From: Balanoglossus misakiensis
Lineage: Eukaryota > Animalia > Hemichordata
DNA length: 64,000 bases
Direction: 5' to 3'
Assembly: GCA_040954595.2 (NCBI GenBank)
Contig: JBECUI020000024.1
Span: 186,001 to 250,000, forward strand
This document shows positions 22,201 to 36,584 of the stretch, piece by piece; position 1 is the first letter of the stretch; every line of letters starts with the position of its first letter. Made by a program: the position numbers and the translations under genes. The notes under the pieces are model-generated. The model searched no databases, had not been told where the DNA came from, and worked only from the letters and a program-made list of their open reading frames with translations.

Positions 22201-25200
22201 AATGGTAAATTTTTGAAAATTACAAAAAATACTTGTTTTCTACATTTTCGGAAATCTGATGGAGTATAGAATGCTCTTCGTATGTATATATCGATACAAA
22301 TTCCACAAAAGACCGTCTAATTTGGCTCACTGCAGACAAAATTGCGTTTTACCAAATTTTCCTTGAAAATGTCATTTTTAGAAGAAAAAAAAAATAAAAA
22401 AACCTTTGTTCTTCGAATTTGGTGCCCTGATCATATATGACATGTTGATTGTATGTTAAAACTTTCGACCACTCCAAAAAAGCAGAGATATTGACGGAAT
22501 TCAAGAAAAAATAGCAATTTTGGCCATATTTTGACAAAAATGGTAAATTTTTAAAAAATCATAAAAAATTAACTCTTTTCTTCAATTTCGGAAATATTAT
22601 GGAGCATGAAGTGTCGTTCTCTTGTAAAAAGTGCTGCAAATTCAAGAAAAGGCGGTATAATTTGAATCACCCAAGACAAAATTACCATTTTCGACTTTTT
22701 TTTCGAAAAATTGTCTTTTTTACAAAATAAATAAGAATAAATTCTTTTCTTAGTTTCAAACGGGTAGAGATACTTTCCACACGGGTTTTCTAACATTGAA
22801 TTCCCGTTCATCAACTCAGGTTTCCTACAGCATAAGTCGGCTAAAACCCTGACACTCTAGAGCAGAAACAGTTGCACACTGGTAACGTTGAACAAGTCGA
22901 TTTTTCTACGGCCTGGCTCGGCTAAATCTCCGTCACAATATGACAGACACTAGCGTACGTTAGCAACGGTGATGAAGTCAGATTTTCTACGGCATGGCTT
23001 GGATAAAGCCCCGGCACTCTAAAGCAGAAACACGCGTACAGAGAGCACGTTGATCAAGTCTGATCTCCTACGGCTTGGCTCGACTAAAACCCCGGCACAC
23101 TATGACAGACACTAGCGTTAGTAAGCAACGTTGATCAAGTCAGATTTCCTACGGCATGGCTTGGCTAAAGCCCTGGCACTATAGAGCAGAAACACGCGTA
23201 CAGAGACCACGTTGATCTACTCACATTTCCTTCGGCCTGGCACGGCTGATGCCCCGGCACTATATATAGGACACAGACTGGCGTAAGTTAACAACGATAA
23301 TCACGTCGGGTTTCCTACGGCCTGGCTCAGCTGAAGCCCCGGCACTCTAGGGCAGAAACAGGCGTACATTAACCACGTTGATCAAGTCAGATTTCCTACG
23401 GCGTGACTCGGCTGGTGCACCGGCTCTATATGACACAGACTGGCGTAAGTTATCAACGGTGATTACGTCGGATTTCCTACGGTCTGGTTTAGCTGAAGCC
23501 CCGGCACTTTAGAGCGGAAACACGCGTACATTGACCACGATGATCAAGTCAGATCTCTTACGGCCTGGCTCGACTAAAACCCCGGCACACCATGACAGAC
23601 ACTAGCGTTCGTTAGCAACGGTGATCAAGTCGGATTTCCTTCGGCCTGGCTCTGCAAAAGACCCGACACTCTAGTACAAAGACGTTGGCTAAGTCGGGCA
23701 AACCGAAGAGGGTAAGTCACAGCGGGTCAACACTCGACATTTGTTCGGGTAGGACTGCATTATTGCCTGTCAATTTATAGAGAAAGCCCGAATTTAACCA
23801 GGGCGTTCAAAACACCGACGTTAGTTGGGGGCACGGCCTGCAGTACTGCCGGGTAAGCTGACATCGGCATACCGCATATAATGTAGGGGGGCGGGGGGGC
23901 AAACAGAACGGTTCAATACTACATTTATTAGATATCAGCTAATTTTGGACAATCATCTAAAATCCAAATCATTGTTTCATATTTGGATATCTGATGATGT
24001 ATGAAATTTCCATTATATGTAAAAATGGTGCTGATTATAAAAAATGCACTCTGAATGAGCTGATTTAATACAAAATTACGTTTTATTCGTTTTTGCACCT
24101 AGAAGGTCATTTTTAGGCAAAACATTCTTTATTTTTTTAATTCGGTGACCTGATCATATATAAAGAATTGCTTGTATGTTAAAAGTTTTTATGACTTTTA
24201 AAAGCAGTGACACTGGCGGCATTCAACACGAAAATAACAATTTTAGCACAATTTGGTCAAAATGGAAAATTTTTGAAAATTACAAAAAATACCTGTTTTC
24301 TACATTTTCGGGAATCTGATCGAGTATAGAATGCTCTTCGTATGTATATATCGATACAAATTCCACAAAAGACCGTCTAATTTGGCTCACTGCAGACAAA
24401 ATTGCGTTTTACCAAATTTTCCTTGAAAATGTCATTTTTAGAAAAATAAAATAAAAAAACCTTTGTTCTTCGAATTTGGTGCCCCGATCATAATGACATG
24501 TTGATTGTATGTTTAAACTTTCGACCACTCCAAAAATGCAGAGATATTGACGGAATTCAAGAAAAAATAGCCATTTTGGCCATATTTTGACAAAAATGGT
24601 AAATTTTTAAAAAATCATAAAAATTTAACTCTTTTCTTCATTTTCGGAAATATTATGGAGCATGAAGTGTCGTTCTCTTGTAAAAAGTGCTGCAAATTCC
24701 AGAAAAGGTGGTATAATTTGAATCACCCAAGACAAAATTACCATTTTCGACTTTTTTTCGAAAAATTGTCTTTTTTACAAAATAAATAAGAATAAATTCT
24801 TTTATTAGTTTCAAACGGGTAGAGATACTTTCCACACAGGTTTTCTAACATTGAATTCCCGTTCATCAACTCAGATTTCCTACAGCATAAGTCGGCTAAA
24901 ACCCTGACACTCTAGAGCAGAAACAGTTGCACACTGGTAACGTTGGACAAGTCGATTTTTCTACGGCCTGGCTCGGCTAAATCTCCGTCTAAATATGACA
25001 GACACAAGCGTACGTTAGCAACGGTGATCAAGTCATATTTTCTACGGCATGGGTTTTCTACGGCCTGGCTCAGCTGAAGCCCCGGCACTCTAGAGCAGAA
25101 ACACGCGTACATTAACCACGTTGATCAAGTCAGATTTCCTACGGCGTGACTCGGCTGGTGCACCGGCTCTATATGACACAGACTGGCGTAAGTTATCAAC

Positions 25201-28200
25201 GGTGATTACGTCGGATTTCCTACGGCCTGGTTTAGCTGAAGCCCCGGCACTTTAGAGTGGAAACACGCGTACATTGACCACGATGATCAAGTCAGATCTC
25301 CTACGGCCTGGCTCGACTAAAACCCCGGCACACCATGACAGACACTAGCGTTCGTTAGCAACGGTGATCAAGTCGGATTTCCTTCGGCCTGGCTCTGCAA
25401 AAGACCCGACACTCTAGTACAAAGACATTGGCTAAGTCGGGCAAACCGAAGAGGGAAAGTCACAGCGGGTCAACACTCGACATTTGTTCTGGTAGGACTG
25501 CATTATTGCCTGTCAATTTATAGAGAAAGCCCGAATTTAACCAGGGCGCTTCAAACACCGACGTTAGTTGGGGGCACGGCCTGCAGTACTGCCGGGTAAG
25601 CTGACATCGGCGTACCGCATGTAATGTAGGGGGGGGGGGGAACAGAACGGTTTAATACTACATTTATCTGTTATCAGCTAATTTTGGACAATCATCTAAA
25701 ATCTAAATCATTTTTTCATATTTGGATATCTGATGATGTATGAAATTTCCATTATATGTAAAAATGGTGCTGATTATAAAAAATGCACTCTAATTTAATA
25801 CAAAATTGCGTTTTATTCGTTTTTGCACCAAAAAGGTCATTTTTAGGCAAAGCATTCTTTATTTTTTTTAATTCGGTGACCTGATCATATATAAACAATA
25901 GCTTGTATGTTTAAAGTTTTTATGACTTTTAAATGCAGTGACACTGGCGGCATTCAACACGAAAATAACAATTTTAGCCACAATTTGGTCAAAATGGTAA
26001 ATTTTTGAAAATTACAAAAAATACCTGTTTTCTACATTTTCGGAAATTTGATGGAGTATAGAATGCTCTTCGTATGTATATATCGATACAAATTCCACAA
26101 AAGACCGTCTAATTTGGCTCACTGCAGACAAAATTGCGTTTTACCAAATTTTCCTTGAAAATGTCATTTTTAGAAGAAAAAAAAATAAAAAAACCTTTGT
26201 TCTTCGAATTTGGTGCCCTGATCATATATGACATGTTGATTGTATGTTAAAACTTTCGACCACTCCAAAAATGCAGAGATATTGACGGAATTCAAGAAAA
26301 AATAGCCATTTTGGCCATATTTTGACAAAAATGGTAAATTTTGAAAAAATCATAAAAAATTAACTCTTTTCTTCATTTTCGGAAATATTATGGAGCATGA
26401 AGTGTCGTTCTCTTGTAAAAAGTGCTGCAAATTCCAGAAAAGGCGGTATAATTTAAATCACCCAAGACAAAATTACCATTTTCGACTTTTTTTCGAAAAA
26501 TTGTCTTTTTTACAAAATAAATAAGAATAAATTCTTTTCTTAGTTTCAAACGGGTAGAGATACTTTCCACACGGGTTTTCTAACATTGAATTCCCATTCA
26601 TCAACTCAGATTTCTTACAGCATAAGTCGGCTAAAACCCTGACACTCTAGAGCAGAAACACGCGTACAGAGACCACGTTGATCTACTCACATTTCCTTCG
26701 GCCTGGCACGGCTGATGCCCCGGCACTATATATAGGACACAGACTGGCGTAAGTTAACAACGGTAATCACGTCGGGTTTCCTACGGCCTGGCTCAGCTGA
26801 AGCCCCGGCACTCTAGAGCAGAAACACGCGTACAGAGACCACGTTGATCTACTCACATTTCCTTCGGCCTGGCACGGTTGATGCCCCGGCACTATATATA
26901 GGACACAGACTGGCGTAAGTTAACAACGGTAATCACGTCGGGTTTCCTACGGCCTGGCTCAGCTGAAGCCCCGGCACTCTAGAGCAGAAACAGGCGTACA
27001 TTGACCACGTTGATCAAGTCAGATTTCCTACGGCGTGACTCGGCTGGTGCACCGGCTCTATATGACACAGACTGGCGTAAGTTATCAACGGTGATTACGC
27101 CGGATTTCCTACGGCCTGGTTTAGCTGAAGCCCTGGCGCTTTAGAGCGGAAACACGCGTACATTGACCACGATGATCAAGTCAGATCTCCTACGGCCTGG
27201 CTCGACTAAAACCCCGGCACACCATGACAGACACTAGCGTTCGTTAGCAACGGTGATCAAGTCGGATTTCCTTCGGCCTGGCTCTGCAAAAGACCCGACA
27301 CTAGTACAAAGACGTTGGCTAAGTCGGGCAAACCGAAGAGGGAAAGTCACAGCGGGTCAACACTCGACATTTGTTAGGGTAGGACTGCATTATTGCCTGT
27401 CAATTTATAGAGAAAGCCCGAATTTAACCAGGGCGTTTCAAACACCGACGTTAGTTGGGGGCACGGCCTGCAGTACTGCCGGGTAAGCTGACATCGGCGT
27501 ACCGCATATAATGTAGGGGGGGGGGGACAGAACGGTTCAATACTACATTTATTAGATATCAGCTAATTTTGGACAATCATCTAAAATCTAAATCATTTTT
27601 TCATATTTGGATATCTGATGATGTATGAAATTTCCATTATATGTAAAAATGGTGCTGATTATAAAAAATGCACTCTGAATGAGCTGATTTAATAGAAAAT
27701 AGCGTTTTATTCGTTTTTGCACCAAAAAGGTCATTTTTAGGCAAAACATTCTTTATTTTTTTAATTCGGTGCCCTGATCATCTATTAACAATTGCTTGTA
27801 TGTTAAAAGTTTTTATGACTTTTAAAAGCAGTGACACTGGCGGCATTCAACACGAAAATAACAATTTTAGCCACAATTTGGTCAAAATGGTAAATTTTTG
27901 AAAATTACAAAAAATACATGTTTTGTACATTTTCGGAAATCTGATGGAGTATAGAATGCTCTTCTTATGTATATATATATACAAATTCCACAAAAGACTA
28001 TCTAATTTGGCTCAAGGCAGACAAAATTGCGTTTTACCAAATTTTCCTTGAAAATGTCATTTTTAGAAAAAAAACTAAAAAAACCTTTGTTCTTCGAATT
28101 TGGTGCCCTGATCATATATGACATGTTGATTGTATGCTAAAACTTTCGACCACTCCAAAAATGCAGAGACATTGACGGAATTCAAGAAAAATAGCCATTT

Positions 28201-31200
28201 TGGCCATATTTTGACAAAAATGGTAATTTTTTAAAAAATCATAAAAAATTAACTCTTTTCTTCATTTTCGGAAATATTATGGAGCATGAAGTGTCGTTCT
28301 CTTGTAAAAAGTGCTGCAAATTCCAGAAAAGGCGGTATAATTTGAATCACCCAAGACAAATTTACCATTTTCGACTTTTTTTCGAAAAATTGTCTTTTTT
28401 ACAAAAAAAATAAGAATAAATTCTTTTCTTAGTTTCAAACGGGTAGAGATACTTTCCACACGGGTTTTCTAACATTGGATTCCCGTTCATCAACTCAGAT
28501 TTCTTACAGCATAAGTCGGCGAAAACCCTGACACTCTAGAGCAGAAACAGTTGCACACTGGTAACGTTGAATAAGTCGATTTTTCTACGGCCTGGCACGG
28601 CTAAATCTCCGTCACAATATGACAAACACTAGCGTACGTTAGCAACGGTGATCAAGTCAGATTTTCTACGGCATGGCTTGGATAAAGCCCCGGCACTCTA
28701 GAGCAGAAACACGCGTACAGAGACCACGTTGATCAAGTCTGATCTCCTACGGCTTGGCTCGACTAAAACCCCGGCACACTATGACAGACACTAGCGTTCG
28801 TTAGCAACGTTGATCAAGTCAGATTTCCCACGGCATGGCTTGGCTAAAGCCCTGGCACTCTAGAGCAGAAACACGTGTACAGAGACCACGTTGATTTACT
28901 TACATTTCCTTCGGCCTGGCACGGCTGATGCCCCGGCGCTATATATAGGACACAGACTGGCGTAAGTTAACAACGGTAATCACGTCGGGTTTCCTACGGC
29001 CTGGCTCAGCTGAAGCCCCGGCACTCTAGAGCAGAAACAGGCGTACATTGACCACGTTGATCAAGTCAGATTTCCTACGGCGTGACTCGGCTGGTGCACC
29101 GGCTCTATATGACACAGACTGGCGTAAGTTATCAACGGTGATTACGTCGGATTTCCTACGGCCTGGTTTAGCTGAAGCCCCGGCACTTTAGAGCGGAAAC
29201 ACGCGTACATTGACCACGATGATCAAGTCAGATCTCCTACGGCCTGGCTCGACTAAAACCCCGGCACACCATGACAGACACTAGCGTTCGTTAGCAACAG
29301 TGATCAAGTCGGATTTCCTTCGGCCTGGCTCTGCAAAAGACCCGACACTCTAATACAAAACGTTGGCTAAGTCGGGCAAACCGAAGAGGGAAAGTCACAG
29401 CGGGTCAACACTCGACATTTGTTCGGGTAGGACTGCATTATTGCCTGTCAATTTATAGAGAAAGCCCGAATTTAACCAGGGCGTTTCAAACACCGACGTT
29501 AGTAGGGGGCACGGCCTGCAGTACTGCCGGGTAAGCTGACATCGGCGTACCGCATATAATGTAGGTGGGGGGGGGGACAGAACGGTTCAATACTACATTT
29601 ATTAGATATCAGCTAATTTTGGACAATCATCTAAAATCTAAATCATTTTTTTTTCATATTTGGATATATGATGATGTATGAAATTTCCATTATATGTAAA
29701 AATGGTGCTGATTATAAAAAATGCACCCTGATTTAATACAAAATTACGTTTTATTCGTTTTTGCACCAAAAAGGTCATTTTTAGGCAAAACATTCTTTAT
29801 TTTATTAATTCGATGACCTGATCATATATAAACTATTGCTTGTATGTTAAAAGTTTTTATGACTTTTAAAAGCAGTGACACTGGCGGCATTCAACACGAA
29901 AATAACAATTTTAGTCACAATTTGGTCAAAATGGTAAATTTTTGAAAATTACAAAAAATACTTGTTTTCTACATTTTCGGAAATCTGATGGAGTATAGAA
30001 TGCTCTTCGTATGTATATATCGATACAAATTCCACAAAAGACCGTCTAATTTGGCTCACTGCAGACAAAATTGCGTTTTACCAAATTTTCCTTGAAAATG
30101 TCATTTTTAGAAGAAAAAAAAAATAAAAAAACCTTTGTTCTTCGAATTTGGTGCCCTGATCATATATGACATGTTGATTGTATGTTAAAACTTTCGACCA
30201 CTCCAAAAAAGCAGAGATATTGACGGAATTCAAGAAAAAATAGCAATTTTGGCCATATTTTGACAAAAATGGTAAATTTTTAAAAAATCATAAAAAATTA
30301 ACTCTTTTCTTCAATTTCGGAAATATTATGGAGCATGAAGTGTCGTTCTCTTGTAAAAAGTGCTGCAAATTCAAGAAAAGGCGGTATAATTTGAATCACC
30401 CAAGACAAAATTACCATTTTCGACTTTTTTTTCGAAAAATTGTCTTTTTTACAAAATAAATAAGAATAAATTCTTTTCTTAGTTTCAAACGGGTAGAGAT
30501 ACTTTCCACACGGGTTTTCTAACATTGAATTCCCGTTCATCAACTCAGGTTTCCTACAGCATAAGTCGGCTAAAACCCTGACACTCTAGAGCAGAAACAG
30601 TTGCACACTGGTAACGTTGAACAAGTCGATTTTTCTACGGCCTGGCTCGGCTAAATCTCCGTCACAATATGACAGACACTAGCGTACGTTAGCAACGGTG
30701 ATGAAGTCAGATTTTCTACGGCATGGCTTGGATAAAGCCCCGGCACTCTAAAGCAGAAACACGCGTACAGAGAGCACGTTGATCAAGTCTGATCTCCTAC
30801 GGCTTGGCTCGACTAAAACCCCGGCACACTATGACAGACACTAGCGTTAGTAAGCAACGTTGATCAAGTCAGATTTCCTACGGCATGGCTTGGCTAAAGC
30901 CCTGGCACTATAGAGCAGAAACACGCGTACAGAGACCACGTTGATCTACTCACATTTCCTTCGGCCTGGCACGGCTGATGCCCCGGCACTATATATAGGA
31001 CACAGACTGGCGTAAGTTAACAACGATAATCACGTCGGGTTTCCTACGGCCTGGCTCAGCTGAAGCCCCGGCACTCTAGGGCAGAAACAGGCGTACATTA
31101 ACCACGTTGATCAAGTCAGATTTCCTACGGCGTGACTCGGCTGGTGCACCGGCTCTATATGACACAGACTGGCGTAAGTTATCAACGGTGATTACGTCGG

Positions 31201-34200
31201 ATTTCCTACGGTCTGGTTTAGCTGAAGCCCCGGCACTTTAGAGCGGAAACACGCGTACATTGACCACGATGATCAAGTCAGATCTCTTACGGCCTGGCTC
31301 GACTAAAACCCCGGCACACCATGACAGACACTAGCGTTCGTTAGCAACGGTGATCAAGTCGGATTTCCTTCGGCCTGGCTCTGCAAAAGACCCGACACTC
31401 TAGTACAAAGACGTTGGCTAAGTCGGGCAAACCGAAGAGGGTAAGTCACAGCGGGTCAACACTCGACATTTGTTCGGGTAGGACTGCATTATTGCCTGTC
31501 AATTTATAGAGAAAGCCCGAATTTAACCAGGGCGTTCAAAACACCGACGTTAGTTGGGGGCACGGCCTGCAGTACTGCCGGGTAAGCTGACATCGGCATA
31601 CCGCATATAATGTAGGGGGGCGGGGGGGCAAACAGAACGGTTCAATACTACATTTATTAGATATCAGCTAATTTTGGACAATCATCTAAAATCCAAATCA
31701 TTGTTTCATATTTGGATATCTGATGATGTATGAAATTTCCATTATATGTAAAAATGGTGCTGATTATAAAAAATGCACTCTGAATGAGCTGATTTAATAC
31801 AAAATTACGTTTTATTCGTTTTTGCACCTAGAAGGTCATTTTTAGGCAAAACATTCTTTATTTTTTTAATTCGGTGACCTGATCATATATAAAGAATTGC
31901 TTGTATGTTAAAAGTTTTTATGACTTTTAAAAGCAGTGACACTGGCGGCATTCAACACGAAAATAACAATTTTAGCACAATTTGGTCAAAATGGAAAATT
32001 TTTGAAAATTACAAAAAATACCTGTTTTCTACATTTTCGGGAATCTGATCGAGTATAGAATGCTCTTCGTATGTATATATCGATACAAATTCCACAAAAG
32101 ACCGTCTAATTTGGCTCACTGCAGACAAAATTGCGTTTTACCAAATTTTCCTTGAAAATGTCATTTTTAGAAAAAAAAAATAAAAAAACCTTTGTTCTTC
32201 GAATTTGGTGCCCCGATCATAATGACATGTTGATTGTATGTTTAAACTTTCGACCACTCCAAAAATGCAGAGATATTGACGGAATTCAAGAAAAAATAGC
32301 CATTTTGGCCATATTTTGACAAAAATGGTAAATTTTTAAAAAATCATAAAAATTTAACTCTTTTCTTCATTTTCGGAAATATTATGGAGCATGAAGTGTC
32401 GTTCTCTTGTAAAAAGTGCTGCAAATTCCAGAAAAGGTGGTATAATTTGAATCACCTAAGACAAAATTACCATTTTCGACTTTTTTTCGAAAAATTGTCT
32501 TTTTTACAAAATAAATAAGAATAAATTCTTTTATTAGTTTCAAACGGGTAGAGATACTTTCCACACAGGTTTTCTAACATTGAATTCCCGTTCATCAACT
32601 CAGATTTCCTACAGCATAAGTCGGCTAAAACCCTGACACTCTAGAGCAGAAACAGTTGCACACTGGTAACGTTGGACAAGTCGATTTTTCTACGGCCTGG
32701 CTCGGCTAAATCTCCGTCTAAATATGACAGACACAAGCGTACGTTAGCAACGGTGATCAAGTCATATTTTCTACGGCATGGGTTTTCTACGGCCTGGCTC
32801 AGCTGAAGCCCCGGCACTCTAGAGCAGAAACACGCGTACATTAACCACGTTGATCAAGTCAGATTTCCTACGGCGTGACTCGGCTGGTGCACCGGCTCTA
32901 TATGACACAGACTGGCGTAAGTTATCAACGGTGATTACGTCGGATTTCCTACGGCCTGGTTTAGCTGAAGCCCCGGCACTTTAGAGTGGAAACACGCGTA
33001 CATTGACCACGATGATCAAGTCAGATCTCCTACGGCCTGGCTCGACTAAAACCCCGGCACACCATGACAGACACTAGCGTTCGTTAGCAACGGTGATCAA
33101 GTCGGATTTCCTTCGGCCTGGCTCTGCAAAAGACCCGACACTCTAGTACAAAGACATTGGCTAAGTCGGGCAAACCGAAGAGGGAAAGTCACAGCGGGTC
33201 AACACTCGACATTTGTTCTGGTAGGACTGCATTATTGCCTGTCAATTTATAGAGAAAGCCCGAATTTAACCAGGGCGCTTCAAACACCGACGTTAGTTGG
33301 GGGCACGGCCTGCAGTACTGCCGGGTAAGCTGACATCGGCGTACCGCATGTAATGTAGGGGGGGGGGGGGGAACAGAACGGTTTAATACTACATTTATCT
33401 GTTATCAGCTAATTTTGGACAATCATCTAAAATCTAAATCATTTTTTCATATTTGGATATCTGATGATGTATGAAATTTCCATTATATGTAAAAATGGTG
33501 CTGATTATAAAAAATGCACTCTAATTTAATACAAAATTGCGTTTTATTCGTTTTTGCACCAAAAAGGTCATTTTTAGGCAAAGCATTCTTTATTTTTTTT
33601 AATTCGGTGACCTGATCATATATAAACAATAGCTTGTATGTTTAAAGTTTTTATGACTTTTAAATGCAGTGACACTGGCGGCATTCAACACGAAAATAAC
33701 AATTTTAGCCACAATTTGGTCAAAATGGTAAATTTTTGAAAATTACAAAAAATACCTGTTTTCTACATTTTCGGAAATTTGATGGAGTATAGAATGCTCT
33801 TCGTATGTATATATCGATACAAATTCCACAAAAGACCGTCTAATTTGGCTCACTGCAGACAAAATTGCGTTTTACCAAATTTTCCTTGAAAATGTCATTT
33901 TTAGAAGAAAAAAAAATAAAAAAACCTTTGTTCTTCGAATTTGGTGCCCTGATCATATATGACATGTTGATTGTATGTTAAAACTTTCGACCACTCCAAA
34001 AATGCAGAGATATTGACGGAATTCAAGAAAAAATAGCCATTTTGGCCATATTTTGACAAAAATGGTAAATTTTGAAAAAATCATAAAAAATTAACTCTTT
34101 TCTTCATTTTCGGAAATATTATGGAGCATGAAGTGTCGTTCTCTTGTAAAAAGTGCTGCAAATTCCAGAAAAGGCGGTATAATTTAAATCACCCAAGACA

Positions 34201-34700
34201 AAATTACCATTTTCGACTTTTTTTCGAAAAATTGTCTTTTTTACAAAATAAATAAGAATACATTCTTTTCTTAGTTTCAAACGGGTAGAGATACTTTCCA
34301 CACGGGTTTTCTAACATTGAATTCCCATTCATCAACTCAGATTTCTTACAGCATAAGTCGGCTAAAACCCTGACACTCTAGAGCAGAAACACGCGTACAG
34401 AGACCACGTTGATCTACTCACATTTCCTTCGGCCTGGCACGGCTGATGCCCCGGCACTATATATAGGACACAGACTGGCGTAAGTTAACAACGGTAATCA
34501 CGTCGGGTTTCCTACGGCCTGGCTCAGCTGAAGCCCCGGCACTCTAGAGCAGAAACACGCGTACAGAGACCACGTTGATCTACTCACATTTCCTTCGGCC
34601 TGGCACGGCTGATGCCCCGGCACTATATATAGGACACAGACTGGCGTAAGTTAACAACGGTAATCACGTCGGGTTTCCTACGGCCTGGCTCAGCTGAAGC
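19240..34700. repeat. Higher-order tandem duplication of four satellite units (~7730 bp x 2)
   Basis: Unit lengths run 2050, 2049, 1743, ~1890 twice. Private variants recur at +7729 to +7731 (e.g. ORF pairs 19523/27253, 22349/30078, 24912/32641). Boundaries are approximate. Confidence 0.9.
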
Positions 34701-35847
34701 CCCGGCACTCTAGAGCAGAAACAGGCGTACATTGACCACGTAGATCAAGTCAGATTTCCTACGGCGTGACTCGGCTGGTGCACCGGCTCTATATGACACA
34801 GACAGGCGTAAGTTATCAACGGTGATTACGTCGGATTTCCTACGGCCTGGTTTAGCTGAAGCCCCGGCACTTTAGAGCGGAAACACGCGTACATTGACCG
34901 CGATGATCAAGTCAGATCTCCTACGGCCTGGCTCGACTAAAACCCCGGCACACCATGACAGACACTAGCGTTCGTTAGCAACGGTGATCAAGTCGGATTT
35001 CCTTCGGCCTGGCTCTGCAAAAGACCCGACACTCTAGTACAAAGACGTTGGCTAAGTCGGGCAAACCGAAGAGGGAAAGTCACAGCGGGTCAACACTCGA
35101 CATTTGTTCGGGTAGGACTGCATTATTGCCTGTCAATTTATAGAGGAAGCCCGAATTTAACCAGGACGTTTCAAACACCGACGTTAGTTGGGGGCACGGC
35201 CTGCAGTACTGTCGGGTAAGCTGACATCGGCGTAACGCATATAATGTAAGGGGGGGGGGGGAACGGAACGATTCAATACTACATTTATTAGATATCAGCT
35301 AATTTTGGACAATCATCTAAAATCTAATTCATTTTTTCATATTTGGATATCTGATGATGTAGGAAATTTCCATTATATGTAAAAATGGTGCTGATTATAA
35401 AAAATGCACTCTCAATGAGCTGATTTTTAGTCAAAACATTCTTTATTTTTTAATTCGGTGACCTGATCATATATAAACAATTGCTTGTATGTTAAAAGTT
35501 TTTATGACTTTTAAAAGCAGTGACACTGGCGGCATTCAACACGAAAATAACAATTTGGTCGAAATTGTAAATTTTTGAAAATTACAAAAAATACCTGTTT
35601 TCTACATTTTCGGAAATCTGATGGAGTATAGAATGCTCTTCGTATATATATATCGATACAAATTCCACAAAAGACCGTCTAATTTGCCTCACTGCAGACA
35701 AAATTGCGTTTTACCAAATTTTCCTTGAAAATGTCATTTTTAGAAAAAAAAAAAATAAAAAAATCTTTGTTCTTCGAATTTGGTGCCCTGATCATATATG
35801 ACATGTTGATTGTATGTTAAACCTTTCGACCACTCCAAAAATGCAGA

Positions 35848-36584
35848 TAGTCCGTGGGCTGGAGGGGTCCACCGAGCACCACCACCCCCCCATAAACCTA
35901 CCACTTGGGTATTTTTTTTGTTCTATAGAACGTGCTGAACAAGAAAAAAAATGTTAACATTGAATATTTTGGGTTGCACTACCCCTCCGGGGTGGTTTTT
36001 GAATGGTATGTGCCGCTCAAAATGGCGAAAAATGAGTTGGGGTATGGGGTACTATATTCTCTCCTAAAAAAATAAAACTACCATGAAATTACATAAACCT
36101 TATATTTTTTAGAAAGCTTAGATACTGCTCTTTACGGGAAGCACAAACTTTATTAAACAATATTTATGAATATTTAATTAGATGATTTTTAAATTAATTT
36201 TTTCGGCAATTTTGAAAGTTTTCACTCAAAAGACAATGTTACAATTGTGATTTTATTTTTGTGAAGCAAATTTTTGACTACTTTTTAGGTTTGGATTATT
36301 TAATTCTATATATTAAACAAGAAAACAAATGTTAACATTAGTTATTTAACAATACAATACTTCTTTAGAGACAACTTTGAAATGCATGTATCCTATGGGA
36401 TTACGCATGGTCTTGGCGTAGGGGGTACTATATCCTCTCCTAAAAAAATAAAACTAGCAAAAAATTACATAAACCTTAAATTTTTAGAAAGCTTAGACAC
36501 TGCTCTTTACGGGAAGCACAAACTTAATTATAAAAAAATTATGAATATTTAATTATAAGATTTTTAAATTAATTTTTTCGGCAA
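35848..36584 (+). repeat. Left TIR (~735 bp) with ~375-bp internal subrepeats
   Basis: Near-identical reverse complement of ~57878-58610. GGGGTACTATA.TCTCC recurs at ~36047 and ~36422. Confidence 0.9.

Larger units (their letters stand above)
6109..35847. repeat. Macrosatellite array, ~1.7-2.4 kb units, interrupted by BEL and HINE insertions
   Basis: 12 poly-G landmarks at ~6725, 9118, 14499, 19786, 21836, 23885, 25628, 27516, 29566, 31615, 33358 and 35250. Each unit has a variable number of ~81-bp GC-rich subrepeats (GATCAAGTCAGATTTCCTACGGC...), a ~200-bp single-copy segment, a poly-G run and ~1 kb of AT-rich sequence. Confidence 0.95.
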
